IMG/VR virus record: IMGVR_UViG_3300017917_004390
Span: 29,193-93,192 of that record
Length of the DNA: 64,000 nucleotides
DNA from: a virus
Strand: one strand, 5' to 3'
Below the pieces are notes generated by a model. The model was not told the DNA's origin. It saw only the letters and a list, made by a program, of their open reading frames with translations, and did no database searches. Below are positions 29,224 to 39,144 of the stretch, piece by piece (the stretch's first letter is position 1; each line of letters begins with the position of its first letter). The translations under genes and the position numbers were made by a program.

Positions 29224-29916
29224 ATGTTTAAAACAGTTGAATTAGATAAATATGTAACGATTGATATTGAGTGCGTTACTGGATATAAAAATATATATGA
29301 ATTAGAAAGAATTAAACCTAATTTGTATAAAATTTTTCAAAAAAGGTTTGAAAAAGATATAAATGAGGTTTTAAAAAATGTTGATTCGGTGCTTGAAGCT
29401 GAAGAAAAAGTATATAAAGAAAAAGCTGTTTTTATGGCTGAATTTTCAAAAATAATTTGTATTTGTGTTGCTGGTTATTTAAATGGGGAAATACAAACTA
29501 AATCATTTTTAGGTAATGAAAAAGATATTATTAGCAAATTTTATACTTTTATTGCTGGTAAACCTAGAATTATTTGTGGACATAACATAGTTAAATTTGA
29601 TATACCTTTTATTAATAAAAGAGCTTATCTTTATAATATTCAGATACCTTCTATACTTCAGATTCATGATAAAAAACCTTGGGAATTATCTGCTAGTATA
29701 AGAGATACACAAACTTTATGGGCATTTGGTGGAATGAATAATATATCACTTGAACTTCTATGTGAATTTTTAGGTATTGAAACATCAAAAGATGATATTG
29801 ATGGTTCCCAAGTCGATTCAATATACTATATATATAATGATATAGATAGAATTGTACAATATTGTACAAAAGACGTAACTTCAAATTTATTGGTAATCAA
29901 AAGATTATGCAATTAG
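29224..29916 (+). CDS. DEDD 3'-5' exonuclease (PolB-exo-like, stand-alone)
   Basis: TIDIECV, GHNIVKFDIPF and YCTKDV motifs. Confidence 0.85.
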   Translation: MFKTVELDKYVTIDIECVTGYKNIYELERIKPNLYKIFQKRFEKDINEVLKNVDSVLEAEEKVYKEKAVFMAEFSKIICICVAGYLNGEIQTKSFLGNEKDIISKFYTFIAGKPRIICGHNIVKFDIPFINKRAYLYNIQIPSILQIHDKKPWELSASIRDTQTLWAFGGMNNISLELLCEFLGIETSKDDIDGSQVDSIYYIYNDIDRIVQYCTKDVTSNLLVIKRLCN

Positions 29917-30542
29917 AATTAGAAATTAATCGAAAATATTTACAGAAAGGCGATTTTAATACAACATCAGTTAGGAAATCAATATTATTATATAATACAC
30001 CTGTTAAAGATATTGAAAAATATATTGAAATTTTAAATTGGAATAAAAAACATCCTAATTTCATTATAAATGATGATGGTGTTGTTTATAAGATATTAGA
30101 AGAAAATCAATATTCTAATTATTTTGCTGAATTTAAAGAATTTGATACTTATAATAAAGAATTTATATTAATAGCATTAACTAATTCAGGTTATATAGAA
30201 GAAAATCAATATAATAATGAGGATAAAACTTTTTCAAGTTGGTGTGGAGAGAAAATACCTTTAGAAAAAGTAAAAACTGGTTTATTTAAAACACATACAA
30301 ATAAAACTTACAATAGATGTGAAATGTATACTGAAAAACAGTATGATTCACTAGCTAATTTAAGTTATTACCTAATTAATAAATATAAAATTAATTTAAA
30401 TTTTGTTTTTAATAGAAATCCAATTAATCTAACAATAGATAGCGGTATTTATGAAGATAGGACATTATCTTTGTTTAAAACATCATTAACTAATTGTTTT
30501 GATTATGAAAAATATCGAAATAAAGTAAAGGAGTTATTTTAA
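29907..30542 (+). CDS. N-acetylmuramoyl-L-alanine amidase-like protein, probably catalytically degenerate
   Basis: Start MQLEL at 29907; NFIINDDGVVY, IALTNSG and YTEKQYDSLANL resemble Amidase_2, but the Zn-binding His residues are absent. Confidence 0.5.
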   Translation: MQLELEINRKYLQKGDFNTTSVRKSILLYNTPVKDIEKYIEILNWNKKHPNFIINDDGVVYKILEENQYSNYFAEFKEFDTYNKEFILIALTNSGYIEENQYNNEDKTFSSWCGEKIPLEKVKTGLFKTHTNKTYNRCEMYTEKQYDSLANLSYYLINKYKINLNFVFNRNPINLTIDSGIYEDRTLSLFKTSLTNCFDYEKYRNKVKELF

Positions 30543-30953
30543 ACCATCAAGTAACTCCTTTAAACTTTTTTGGTCATCTAATGACATTACACCAGTACTT
30601 TCAGTTTCTTTATCTTTTGGTGCATCTTTATTTTTCTTAAATTCAACCTCCTCTTTAATTTTAATAGCAGTCTTCATAACATCAACAAACTTTAAACTAT
30701 TATTATTAATATCATTAAGACATTTAAGAGCGTTACTACTTGAATTTTCAAGTGCTTGCATAATTTGTAGTTGAGTTTCACCATTATCATCTTCTAAGTC
30801 ACTAGAAGTAAGTTCGCTTTGAATAGTTTCTATTACATTCAACTTCTTAATAGCAGTTAAACGTGTGTATTCTTGTTCACGACGAACCCTATTCAATTCC
30901 TTTTCGAGAGATTCAAAAGTTAATGTGATATTTTCTCTTTTATTTCTAGGCAT
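30534..30953 (-). CDS. Hypothetical coiled-coil protein
   Basis: 139 aa with an upstream CTATTTAT motif. Confidence 0.65.
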   Translation of the reverse strand: MPRNKRENITLTFESLEKELNRVRREQEYTRLTAIKKLNVIETIQSELTSSDLEDDNGETQLQIMQALENSSSNALKCLNDINNNSLKFVDVMKTAIKIKEEVEFKKNKDAPKDKETESTGVMSLDDQKSLKELLDGLK

Positions 30954-31005
30954 ATTTTTATTATAAATAGTAAAAAAATAAAATTCTATTTACAATAAAA
31001 CTAGT

Positions 31006-32820
31006 ATGAAATTTAATTATAATAAGCGTAATTTTATTGAAATTAAAGAGGATATTAAAAACAATATTAAATTGAATTATCCGGATGTTTTTAATAATTT
31101 TGAGGATAATTCTGTAGGTAGTGTTTTTATTGATATTTTGGCTGCATCAAGTGAAGCTTTATATTATAATTTAGATAGAAGTGTTCAAGAAACACAAATT
31201 GAAAACGCTCAATTAAAAAAATCTCTTTTTAACATAGCTCAAACTTTAGGTGTTAAACTTTTCAATAAAAAAGCTGCTATTACATTAGTTGATATTACAG
31301 TTAGAGTACCCGCAAATGGTGATACATATTCAAGAGAGTATTTACCAATAATTAAAGCTGGTACACAATTTAACAGTAATAATACAGTAGCGTTTGAATT
31401 AATTGATGATGTTGATTTTAGTAATGAATATTCTACTGATGGTTTACCTAATAGAACTATCATACCTGAAACAAATAATTTAAACCAAATAGTGAATTAT
31501 GTTATAACTAAAAGAGAAATTGTTTATAATGGTAGTACAAAAATAGCGAATGTTTTAATTGATGAAAATCTTAGTAGACCATTTGCTACATATATTTTAC
31601 CAGATTTGAATGTTTTATCAATTGAAAGTGTTATACTTAAAACAGGTGTTATAACCGAAACACCTACTCAGACAGAATTTAATGATACTAGTTTAAGATA
31701 CTTTGAGGTTGATTCATTAGCTCAACCAAATGTTTTTATTGATGACCAATCTTTCCAATCCAATCAATCTTTTAAAAAGGGTAAATGGTATGCTGCAACT
31801 AAAAAATTCATTAAAGAATTCAACGAAAACGGTGTATGTCGATTAACTTTTGGTGGTGGTAATGGTGATTTACCTAATTTTACTGATAGTCTCAACAATA
31901 TTAAAACGACTAGTAAAATAGCCAATTATCTTTACAATACTGCATTAGGTGAAACACTTCCAATTAATTCGACTTTATTTATAAAATATAGGATAGGTGG
32001 TGGTGCAGAAACTAACGTACCTGCTGGTAGTATTAATTCTATATCAAATCCAATAATTGAAATTAATGGTATTAACCCTACTTTAAATGAAACGGTTAGA
32101 AATAGTATAACAGTTAATAACCCAATTCCTAGTTTTGGTGGTAGAGATTCTTTAACCGTTGATGAATTAAGAAATTTCATAAAATATAATAATTTAGCCC
32201 AATACAGAAGTGTTACTCTTTTAGATTATTATAGTAATATTTATAATATGCCGGGTAAATATGGTATGCCATTTAAATTTATCGCTTCAAAAGAAGATAA
32301 TAAGGTTATAATTTCAATATTGGGGTTAGATTCGGAAAATAAACTTAATAATACATCAACAAATTTATTAAAAGAGAATATTTCCGAATATTTATCTGAT
32401 AATAGAATGTTAAATGATTATGTAGAAGTTAGGGACGGTAGAATTTATAATTTAGGTTATGAAATAACAGTTTTAGTTGATAATAATACATCAAATGACT
32501 TTAATATCATAACAAATGTAACGAAAGAGTTATATAAATTTCATTCAATTTATAAAAATAATATGGGTGAAAATATTTATGTAGGTAAATTATATGAAGT
32601 TATCAATAATATACCAAATGTGATTAACATAAACGGTTTTAAAATATTCAACTTAGTTGGTAATGGTTATTCAGATGATACCTTAAGTATTGGTATTAAA
32701 GATAGTACAACTAATGAAATAGATACGAATGAAGGTATTATATATAATACAAATGATGGTATGTTTGAGATAAAATATACCACAGATATTAAGGTAACAA
32801 TAAAAAAATTAGGTAGATAA
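31006..32820 (+). CDS. gp6: Baseplate wedge protein (T4 gp6 / baseplate J-like)
   Basis: RNFIEIKEDI, AQLKKSLFNIAQTLG, LTFGGG, YRIGGG...N, GGRD and QYRSVTLLDY motifs. Confidence 0.85.
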   Translation: MKFNYNKRNFIEIKEDIKNNIKLNYPDVFNNFEDNSVGSVFIDILAASSEALYYNLDRSVQETQIENAQLKKSLFNIAQTLGVKLFNKKAAITLVDITVRVPANGDTYSREYLPIIKAGTQFNSNNTVAFELIDDVDFSNEYSTDGLPNRTIIPETNNLNQIVNYVITKREIVYNGSTKIANVLIDENLSRPFATYILPDLNVLSIESVILKTGVITETPTQTEFNDTSLRYFEVDSLAQPNVFIDDQSFQSNQSFKKGKWYAATKKFIKEFNENGVCRLTFGGGNGDLPNFTDSLNNIKTTSKIANYLYNTALGETLPINSTLFIKYRIGGGAETNVPAGSINSISNPIIEINGINPTLNETVRNSITVNNPIPSFGGRDSLTVDELRNFIKYNNLAQYRSVTLLDYYSNIYNMPGKYGMPFKFIASKEDNKVIISILGLDSENKLNNTSTNLLKENISEYLSDNRMLNDYVEVRDGRIYNLGYEITVLVDNNTSNDFNIITNVTKELYKFHSIYKNNMGENIYVGKLYEVINNIPNVININGFKIFNLVGNGYSDDTLSIGIKDSTTNEIDTNEGIIYNTNDGMFEIKYTTDIKVTIKKLGR

Positions 32821-32821
32821 A

Positions 32822-34024
32822 ATGTTATTAAATTCAAAACAAAATATAATAGACACAATTAAATTTTATTCAACAATCGTTGATAGAAATGATATTGACT
32901 ATAGTTTTGATAGTTTAAACACTAATAATCCTTTTGATTTTTTGTTATATATAATAGAAACAATTGTAGGTTCCGCTAATATTGATGAAATACTAAACGA
33001 AATATTAACAAAATTAACACCAACACTTAATCAATCGGTTAAATCTATATTTTTTAATATTTTAAGTAAAGGAATTGATGAAAATCAAAAAATTAACCCA
33101 ATATTTACTAATATACCAATAGAAATACCACTATCATTTATTGATAAAATAGGTTTATTCCGTGATAATAATTTTATACCGGATGAATTGAATAATTTAA
33201 TATATACATCACTTAAATCACCTAATATTGATGTTGAAAATACCTTTTTTAAATTAAATTTTGATATTATAAATCAAAAAATAAGAGTATTACTAAAAAA
33301 TGAGTTTAATCTGCTTACATTAATAGAAGATTTATTGGTTAATTCTAATTTAGTCTTTTTAGATAAAGAAATTACTTTAAAATATTTATTTAATATACTT
33401 TTTGGTAGTATATTCAAGTTAAGTACATCTGATAATAAGTTAAATTATAGTATGATTAATAAAATTAGCGATAATTATATTAATGATGTTGAAAAACAGT
33501 TCTATAAAATTAATTTAAAAACAGTTTTAAGTGATTATGATGACTTGATTAATAAAGTTGGTTTAGATATATTAGTTAATTGTGAAGTTGAACAAATAAA
33601 TGTTTCACAAGAAACCATTAATTTAGTTAATAATAGCGAAAGTCCTGTTAGTGTTATTACTGAGCAAATAAGTAATGTTATTAGTAATGAAAATGTTAAT
33701 AAAAATATAAAAAAAAATCTAATTAAAAATATATTAAAGTCGATTTTAATAGCAATTTTATCAGACCCTAAATTTAATTTTATTTTATATATTGTGAGTA
33801 AATTAAAAACTCCCGATATAAATATAAACCCTAGAATAGATATATTTTATACAGAATTTTCAACGTTTTTTACTGATATTTTTGACCAAATAAGTGATAT
33901 AATTAATTGTTTTCTACTTAACAAAGTATTAGCGATATTAAAAACTCTTACAAAACAAGTTATAACTAAATTATTAAGGGAAAGAACTGAAAATAGAATT
34001 AATATTATTAACTCTTTATATTAA
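32822..34024 (+). CDS. Hypothetical protein
   Basis: 400 aa ORF. Confidence 0.65.
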   Translation: MLLNSKQNIIDTIKFYSTIVDRNDIDYSFDSLNTNNPFDFLLYIIETIVGSANIDEILNEILTKLTPTLNQSVKSIFFNILSKGIDENQKINPIFTNIPIEIPLSFIDKIGLFRDNNFIPDELNNLIYTSLKSPNIDVENTFFKLNFDIINQKIRVLLKNEFNLLTLIEDLLVNSNLVFLDKEITLKYLFNILFGSIFKLSTSDNKLNYSMINKISDNYINDVEKQFYKINLKTVLSDYDDLINKVGLDILVNCEVEQINVSQETINLVNNSESPVSVITEQISNVISNENVNKNIKKNLIKNILKSILIAILSDPKFNFILYIVSKLKTPDININPRIDIFYTEFSTFFTDIFDQISDIINCFLLNKVLAILKTLTKQVITKLLRERTENRINIINSLY

Positions 34025-34025
34025 A

Positions 34026-34421
34026 ATGATAAGTAATAAAAACAATGTTAAAGAAATTAATAAGGTATTAAAAAGAAAATCACCTATTAAATTAAATGAA
34101 ATACCTGACCAATTGATTGTTAATAGTCAAAATAGGAATGGTATGTCTGTTAATGTTGTTTTTGAAAAATATATTAATTTAAAAAAAGAACTTGGTTTAC
34201 CAGTTGGTAATCTTGATGATGGTTCATTAAATATAGAAGATAAAATAGTTTATAATTTAATAAAATATATTTTAGAAGAAATACAAGTTAATTCAGCAAT
34301 AACAACATCTATTAAACCGGGTATAGCTATTGAGGCTCAGGGTGCAACTGCTGATGGTACACCAGTATTTGTCAAAGGACAAACGATTTCATTTGGTAAT
34401 GGCGGTGCTGTTATCGAATAA
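34026..34421 (+). CDS. Hypothetical (likely virion) protein
   Basis: 131 aa with a Gly-rich beta C-terminus. Confidence 0.6.
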   Translation: MISNKNNVKEINKVLKRKSPIKLNEIPDQLIVNSQNRNGMSVNVVFEKYINLKKELGLPVGNLDDGSLNIEDKIVYNLIKYILEEIQVNSAITTSIKPGIAIEAQGATADGTPVFVKGQTISFGNGGAVIE

Positions 34422-34437
34422 TTATGTATATTAGATT

Positions 34438-34737
34438 ATGAATGATAAAGCTATTGAGATTTTAAGAACTCCTAAATTTGATTTAGAAAAAATGAATAAC
34501 GCTACTTTGGTAGAGTATGTTAATACATTAGCTGATTTCGAAGAAAAACTAAAAACGGAGTATCTTACCCAAGTAAAGAATGTTAAAGATTCTATAACAG
34601 AAAATACCTCTATGTTTCATATTGAAAAAAATAAAGAGTATCTTTTAAATTTGAGTAACATTTTAGATAATCAAGTTGTTTTAATAGAAAACAAATGGTT
34701 AGAATGTATAACAATTTTACAAGAGAGAGCTAAATGA
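34438..34737 (+). CDS. Hypothetical protein
   Basis: 99 aa ORF. Confidence 0.6.
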   Translation: MNDKAIEILRTPKFDLEKMNNATLVEYVNTLADFEEKLKTEYLTQVKNVKDSITENTSMFHIEKNKEYLLNLSNILDNQVVLIENKWLECITILQERAK

Positions 34738-35585
34738 AACAACTTAACACTAAAAACGTTAAAATAACTAACAGAACCGAAAATACCGTTAGATTATTCA
34801 ATGATTTAAAAAAATATCGACCTTTAACCGCTGAAGAAGAACTTGAACATTTTAGATTATACAGAGAAGAAGGTAATCAAGAATCTAAAAATATACTGAT
34901 ATTAAGTAACATCAAATTAGTTATTAGTGCAGCTAAAAATTATTCTAACAACACTTTTTTAACTTTTGAGGACCATATTTCTAATGGTATGGTAGGTTTA
35001 ATGAGGGCGTTAGATAAATTTGATACAACTAAAGGTTATAGGTTTATTACATACGCTATTAGTTATATAAACCAGAGTATTTTATATCATATTTCAGAAC
35101 ATAATGTAGTTATTAGAAAACCAAATGATAAAACTCAGTTATACCATAATATAAATAAAGAACGTGACAAAATTTATCAAGAGTATGAAACTGATGGTAC
35201 CTTAGAAATGGTTGAAAATAACTTGAATGAAGACATCACTACTAACGAATCAAAACTTAAATCTTTAGAAATATCTGATTTTTTAAATTTTAAATCTTTA
35301 GATTCTTCTTTATCTGAAACAGATGAAACACAATTAATAGATGTTGTACCTAATCCTGATGCTGATTTTACAAATGTTTATGATGATGAGTACAATAAAA
35401 AATTCTTATCAGTACGTTTAAAAAGACTTACAGGCGAAGAAAGAACTATTATTGAAGGTTTATATGGGTTGAAAGGTCAGAAGTTGAATACAGAGGTTTT
35501 AGCAGAGAAATTAGGTAGAAGTGTTAGTCATGTTAAATCAGTTCAAAATCGTAGCTTAGAAAAACTTAGGAAAATGTCAGTATGA
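34734..35585 (+). CDS. RNA polymerase sigma-70 family factor (RpoD/RpoS-like, regions 1.2-4)
   Basis: PLTAEEE, LILSNIKLVISAAKNY, GLMRALDKFDTTKGYRFITYA, and a C-terminal HTH. Confidence 0.9.
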   Translation: MKQLNTKNVKITNRTENTVRLFNDLKKYRPLTAEEELEHFRLYREEGNQESKNILILSNIKLVISAAKNYSNNTFLTFEDHISNGMVGLMRALDKFDTTKGYRFITYAISYINQSILYHISEHNVVIRKPNDKTQLYHNINKERDKIYQEYETDGTLEMVENNLNEDITTNESKLKSLEISDFLNFKSLDSSLSETDETQLIDVVPNPDADFTNVYDDEYNKKFLSVRLKRLTGEERTIIEGLYGLKGQKLNTEVLAEKLGRSVSHVKSVQNRSLEKLRKMSV

Positions 35586-36523
35586 TATATGATATATTAA
35601 ATGAACTATTAGGTCGAGAAAAAAATAAAAATATCGGAACAAATTTGAAGTACAATTGCCCTAATTGTACTTCAAATAATTTTGGTGTTCCTGATAATAA
35701 ATATAATCTCGAAATAACATTAAATAATGAAAATCCTAGAATACCTTATAAGAAGCTTTACCATTGCTGGTCTTGTGGTATATCAGGTGAGTTATTTAAA
35801 TTAGTAAGAAAATATGGTGATTCAGATTTAATAAAAAGGTATAAAGAAAAAGAAAATGATATTCTGGTAATAAAGAATAGAAAAAAATACCTTAGATTAC
35901 CAAAAGAATTTATATCATTCAAAAATATTGATAAAAATAATCCACAACATTTAGAGGCTTATAATTATCTAACAATAGATAGGTGTTTAGATGAAAAAAC
36001 CATATTAAAAGATAATATCGGTTTTTGTCTTGAAGGTTTTTATAAAAAAAGAATTATTATACCCACCTATGATATTAATGGGAGATTAAATTTCTTTTTT
36101 ACTAGGAACTATGATAAAAATAGTAATGAGAAATATCTTAATTCAAATGTACCTAGAAACGAGATTATTTATAACGAACATAATATAAATTGGAATTCTA
36201 CTATTTATTTAGTAGAAGGATATTTTGAAGCTAAATCATTACCTTTGAATACTATTATATTAAATGGTAAAGCTTTAAGTCCTTTATTATCAGACAAGAT
36301 TCTTACATATAAACCTAATGTTGTTATTTGTCTAAATAAAGATGCTATTAAAAAAACCAATCAGAACTCAATTAATTCGACTATAGCTATCAAAGAATTT
36401 TTAGAAAAATATAATATAAATGTAAAATATCTTGATTATCCTAATAATGATGATTTGAATAAAACATTAAAAACCTCAGGAAAAAATGGTATAATAGTAT
36501 TATTAAAGGAATTTTTACAATAA
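35582..36523 (+). CDS. DNA primase (Zn finger + TOPRIM)
   Basis: CPNC...HCWSC, RIIIP and YLVEGYFE motifs. Confidence 0.85.
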   Translation: MIYDILNELLGREKNKNIGTNLKYNCPNCTSNNFGVPDNKYNLEITLNNENPRIPYKKLYHCWSCGISGELFKLVRKYGDSDLIKRYKEKENDILVIKNRKKYLRLPKEFISFKNIDKNNPQHLEAYNYLTIDRCLDEKTILKDNIGFCLEGFYKKRIIIPTYDINGRLNFFFTRNYDKNSNEKYLNSNVPRNEIIYNEHNINWNSTIYLVEGYFEAKSLPLNTIILNGKALSPLLSDKILTYKPNVVICLNKDAIKKTNQNSINSTIAIKEFLEKYNINVKYLDYPNNDDLNKTLKTSGKNGIIVLLKEFLQ

Positions 36524-36548
36524 AATTAGATTTGTATTATGGAACTAG

Positions 36549-37142
36549 ATGGTAGTTGATAGAGAAGTTGATGAAAATATTATATATAAAAAATATAACA
36601 GTAAAATTTTTGGATTGTTTTTTTCCAAAACTAATAATTACGACCTTAGCAGAGATTTAACTGCGGAAACTATAACTAAGGTTATTTTAAATTATAAAAG
36701 TAAGAAATATAATAAACTAACTCTTGATAATTATGTATTTAATACCGCTAATAATAATTTTGTAGATTATCTTAGAAAAATAAATAGAAAAAAAAGAATA
36801 CCACAAAATTTATTTACTAGTATAAATACACCTGAGGAATATCAATATCTTGATGAAGAAATAAATGTTAAACCTAAAAATATTAAACCTTTTGAACAAA
36901 ATACTGATTGTAATTATATGATGAATTACAATATTAGTGAAATGTTCAATTCCGTTAAAGATAATATGATGCATTGTGAAAATATTTCTTTAAAAAAATA
37001 TTTTGAATTCAAATATCTGAAACATTTGAGTGATAAGCAGATAAAACAAAAAATGAAAATCAATGATAGTGAAATAGAAAAAATAGATACCGAATTATTA
37101 AATTTCCTAAAAAAACAGAACCTACAAGAACTATTTACTTAA
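36549..37142 (+). CDS. ECF-type sigma factor-like protein
   Basis: Region 2-like SRDLTAETITKV...YVFNTANNNFVDYLRK. Confidence 0.7.
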   Translation: MVVDREVDENIIYKKYNSKIFGLFFSKTNNYDLSRDLTAETITKVILNYKSKKYNKLTLDNYVFNTANNNFVDYLRKINRKKRIPQNLFTSINTPEEYQYLDEEINVKPKNIKPFEQNTDCNYMMNYNISEMFNSVKDNMMHCENISLKKYFEFKYLKHLSDKQIKQKMKINDSEIEKIDTELLNFLKKQNLQELFT

Positions 37143-37152
37143 AAGAAATTTT

Positions 37153-37914
37153 ATGAGTGAAAGAAAACCAAAGAAAAATAGAATTGTAGATGTAGACCCG
37201 GCTACCAAACTCAAAAACAAAAAACAACTAATATTAAATATTTTACCAAACGAAATTAAATTAGATTGCAAAACTGAAAATCAAAAAAAATTTAAAAACA
37301 CTATAAAAGACCCATCTGTTAAATATGTAATAGCTAGTGGTATTGCTGGTGCTGGTAAAACATATCTAAGTTTAGTGTGCGCTTTAAATTTACTTAGAGA
37401 TGAAACTAACACATTTACTAAAATAACGATTTTCAAATCTGTTAAAGGTCTTGAAGGTGAAGATATCGGGTTTCTACCCGGTAATGTGGATGAAAAACTA
37501 AAATATGTATTAGCTTCATATACAATTCAATTGGAAAAAATATTACCAGTTGAAATTATTAATAAATTACTACAAGAACAAATTATTGAAATATTCCCTA
37601 TAACAAATCTTAGAGGTACAAGTTTAAATGGTGTTGTAATTATTGATGAATTTCAAAATGTTAGTGTAAAAAATGCTGAAACTATTATGACACGTATGGA
37701 AAATGATAGTAAATGTATTATAATTGGTGATGTTCGTCAGATAGATGCTAAAAATAAAAAAGACAATGGGTTGAAAATGGTTGTTGAAAGATTTGAAAAT
37801 GTTAATCCTGCTATTGAAATTATAACCTTTACAGAAAATGATTCAGTTAGAAATGAATTAATTAAACTTATTACGAAAATTTTTGAAGATTATGAATGTG
37901 AAAATGCTAAATAA
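37153..37914 (+). CDS. phoH: PhoH family ATPase
   Basis: GIAGAGKT, IGFLPG, LRGTSL, IIDEFQN and GDVRQID motifs. Confidence 0.93.
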   Translation: MSERKPKKNRIVDVDPATKLKNKKQLILNILPNEIKLDCKTENQKKFKNTIKDPSVKYVIASGIAGAGKTYLSLVCALNLLRDETNTFTKITIFKSVKGLEGEDIGFLPGNVDEKLKYVLASYTIQLEKILPVEIINKLLQEQIIEIFPITNLRGTSLNGVVIIDEFQNVSVKNAETIMTRMENDSKCIIIGDVRQIDAKNKKDNGLKMVVERFENVNPAIEIITFTENDSVRNELIKLITKIFEDYECENAK

Positions 37915-38116
37915 ATTATTTAGAGGTACTTTTTGGGGAATACCAAAATATGCTCTTTATTTTCTAGGTATTATATTACCTATAACAATTATTGATAGAA
38001 TTTTTGAAACAATAGTGATAAGTGAAATAACTTATTTGTGGATTAGTATAATCGCTTTTACTTTATTTTTTATTTCTTTTATTTGGAATATTATTTGGCG
38101 AAAATTCGATAATTAA
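37904..38116 (+). CDS. Small membrane protein
   Basis: Two hydrophobic segments; probable start MLNKLF. Confidence 0.5.
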   Translation: MLNKLFRGTFWGIPKYALYFLGIILPITIIDRIFETIVISEITYLWISIIAFTLFFISFIWNIIWRKFDN

Positions 38117-38144
38117 AACAAAAACATTATAAAATAACTTAAAA

Positions 38145-38182
38145 CCCTGTATATTTGTAATACAAAAATACAGGGATTTTTT
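38145..38182 (+). terminator. Long hairpin with T tail upstream of nrdB, containing TATATTTG
   Basis: ccctgtatatttgta-a-tacaaaaatacaggg followed by atttttt. Confidence 0.55.
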
Positions 38183-38194
38183 ATCTTAAAACAA

Positions 38195-39142
38195 ATGGAA
38201 AAAATATTAGAACAAAACGAAAATAGATTTGTATTATTCCCAATACAACATCAAGACTTATGGGATTTATATAAAACAGCTGAGGCTGCTTTTTGGACAA
38301 CTCATGAAATTGATTTATCTAACGACATGAAAGATTGGGAAAAATTAACTGAAAATGAAAAATTCTTTATTAAAAACATCTTATCATTTTTTGCTGCATC
38401 AGACGGTATTGTAAATGAAAACTTAGCTGAAAACTTCCTTAGAGAAGTTGGTTATCCTGAGGCCAAGGCATTTTATGGATTTCAAATTATGATGGAGAAT
38501 ATTCACTCAGAAATGTATTCTTTATTAATTGATACTTACATTAAAGACCATACGGAAAAGATGGAATGTTTTAATGCCTTACAAAAACTTCCTATTGTAG
38601 CTAAAAAAGCTAAATGGGCTTTAGATTGGATTAAATCTGATAGTTTTGCAGAAAGACTAGTTGCTTTTGCAGCAGTTGAAGGTATTTTCTTTTCAGGGTC
38701 ATTTTGTTCAATTTTTTGGTTGAAAAAAAGACAACTAATGCCGGGTCTGTGTGATTCAAATGATTTCATTTCTCGTGATGAAGGTATGCATTGTGATTAT
38801 GCTATCCATCTATTAAATAATCACATCGAAAATAAACCATCTAAAGAGAAAATTCGTGAAATTTTCTTATCAGCGTTGGAGATTGAAAAAGAATTTGTTA
38901 GTGATTCACTACCTGTATCATTAATTGGTATGAATAAAGAACTTATGATTCAGTATCTTCAGTTTGTTGTTGACCAACTTTTAGTAAAGTTAGGTTGTTC
39001 AAAAGAATTTAATGTTACCCAACCTTTTGAATTTATGAATAATATTGCTTTGCAAGGTAAGAAAAACTTCTTTGAAAGAAGACCTAATGAATATAAAAAA
39101 GCCAATTTAACTGATAAAATAAGTTTTGAAGAAGATTTTTAA
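38195..39142 (+). CDS. nrdB: Ribonucleotide reductase class Ia beta subunit
   Basis: [30 protein letters not shown] and RDEGMH motifs. Confidence 0.97.
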   Translation: MEKILEQNENRFVLFPIQHQDLWDLYKTAEAAFWTTHEIDLSNDMKDWEKLTENEKFFIKNILSFFAASDGIVNENLAENFLREVGYPEAKAFYGFQIMMENIHSEMYSLLIDTYIKDHTEKMECFNALQKLPIVAKKAKWALDWIKSDSFAERLVAFAAVEGIFFSGSFCSIFWLKKRQLMPGLCDSNDFISRDEGMHCDYAIHLLNNHIENKPSKEKIREIFLSALEIEKEFVSDSLPVSLIGMNKELMIQYLQFVVDQLLVKLGCSKEFNVTQPFEFMNNIALQGKKNFFERRPNEYKKANLTDKISFEEDF

Positions 39143-39144
39143 TT

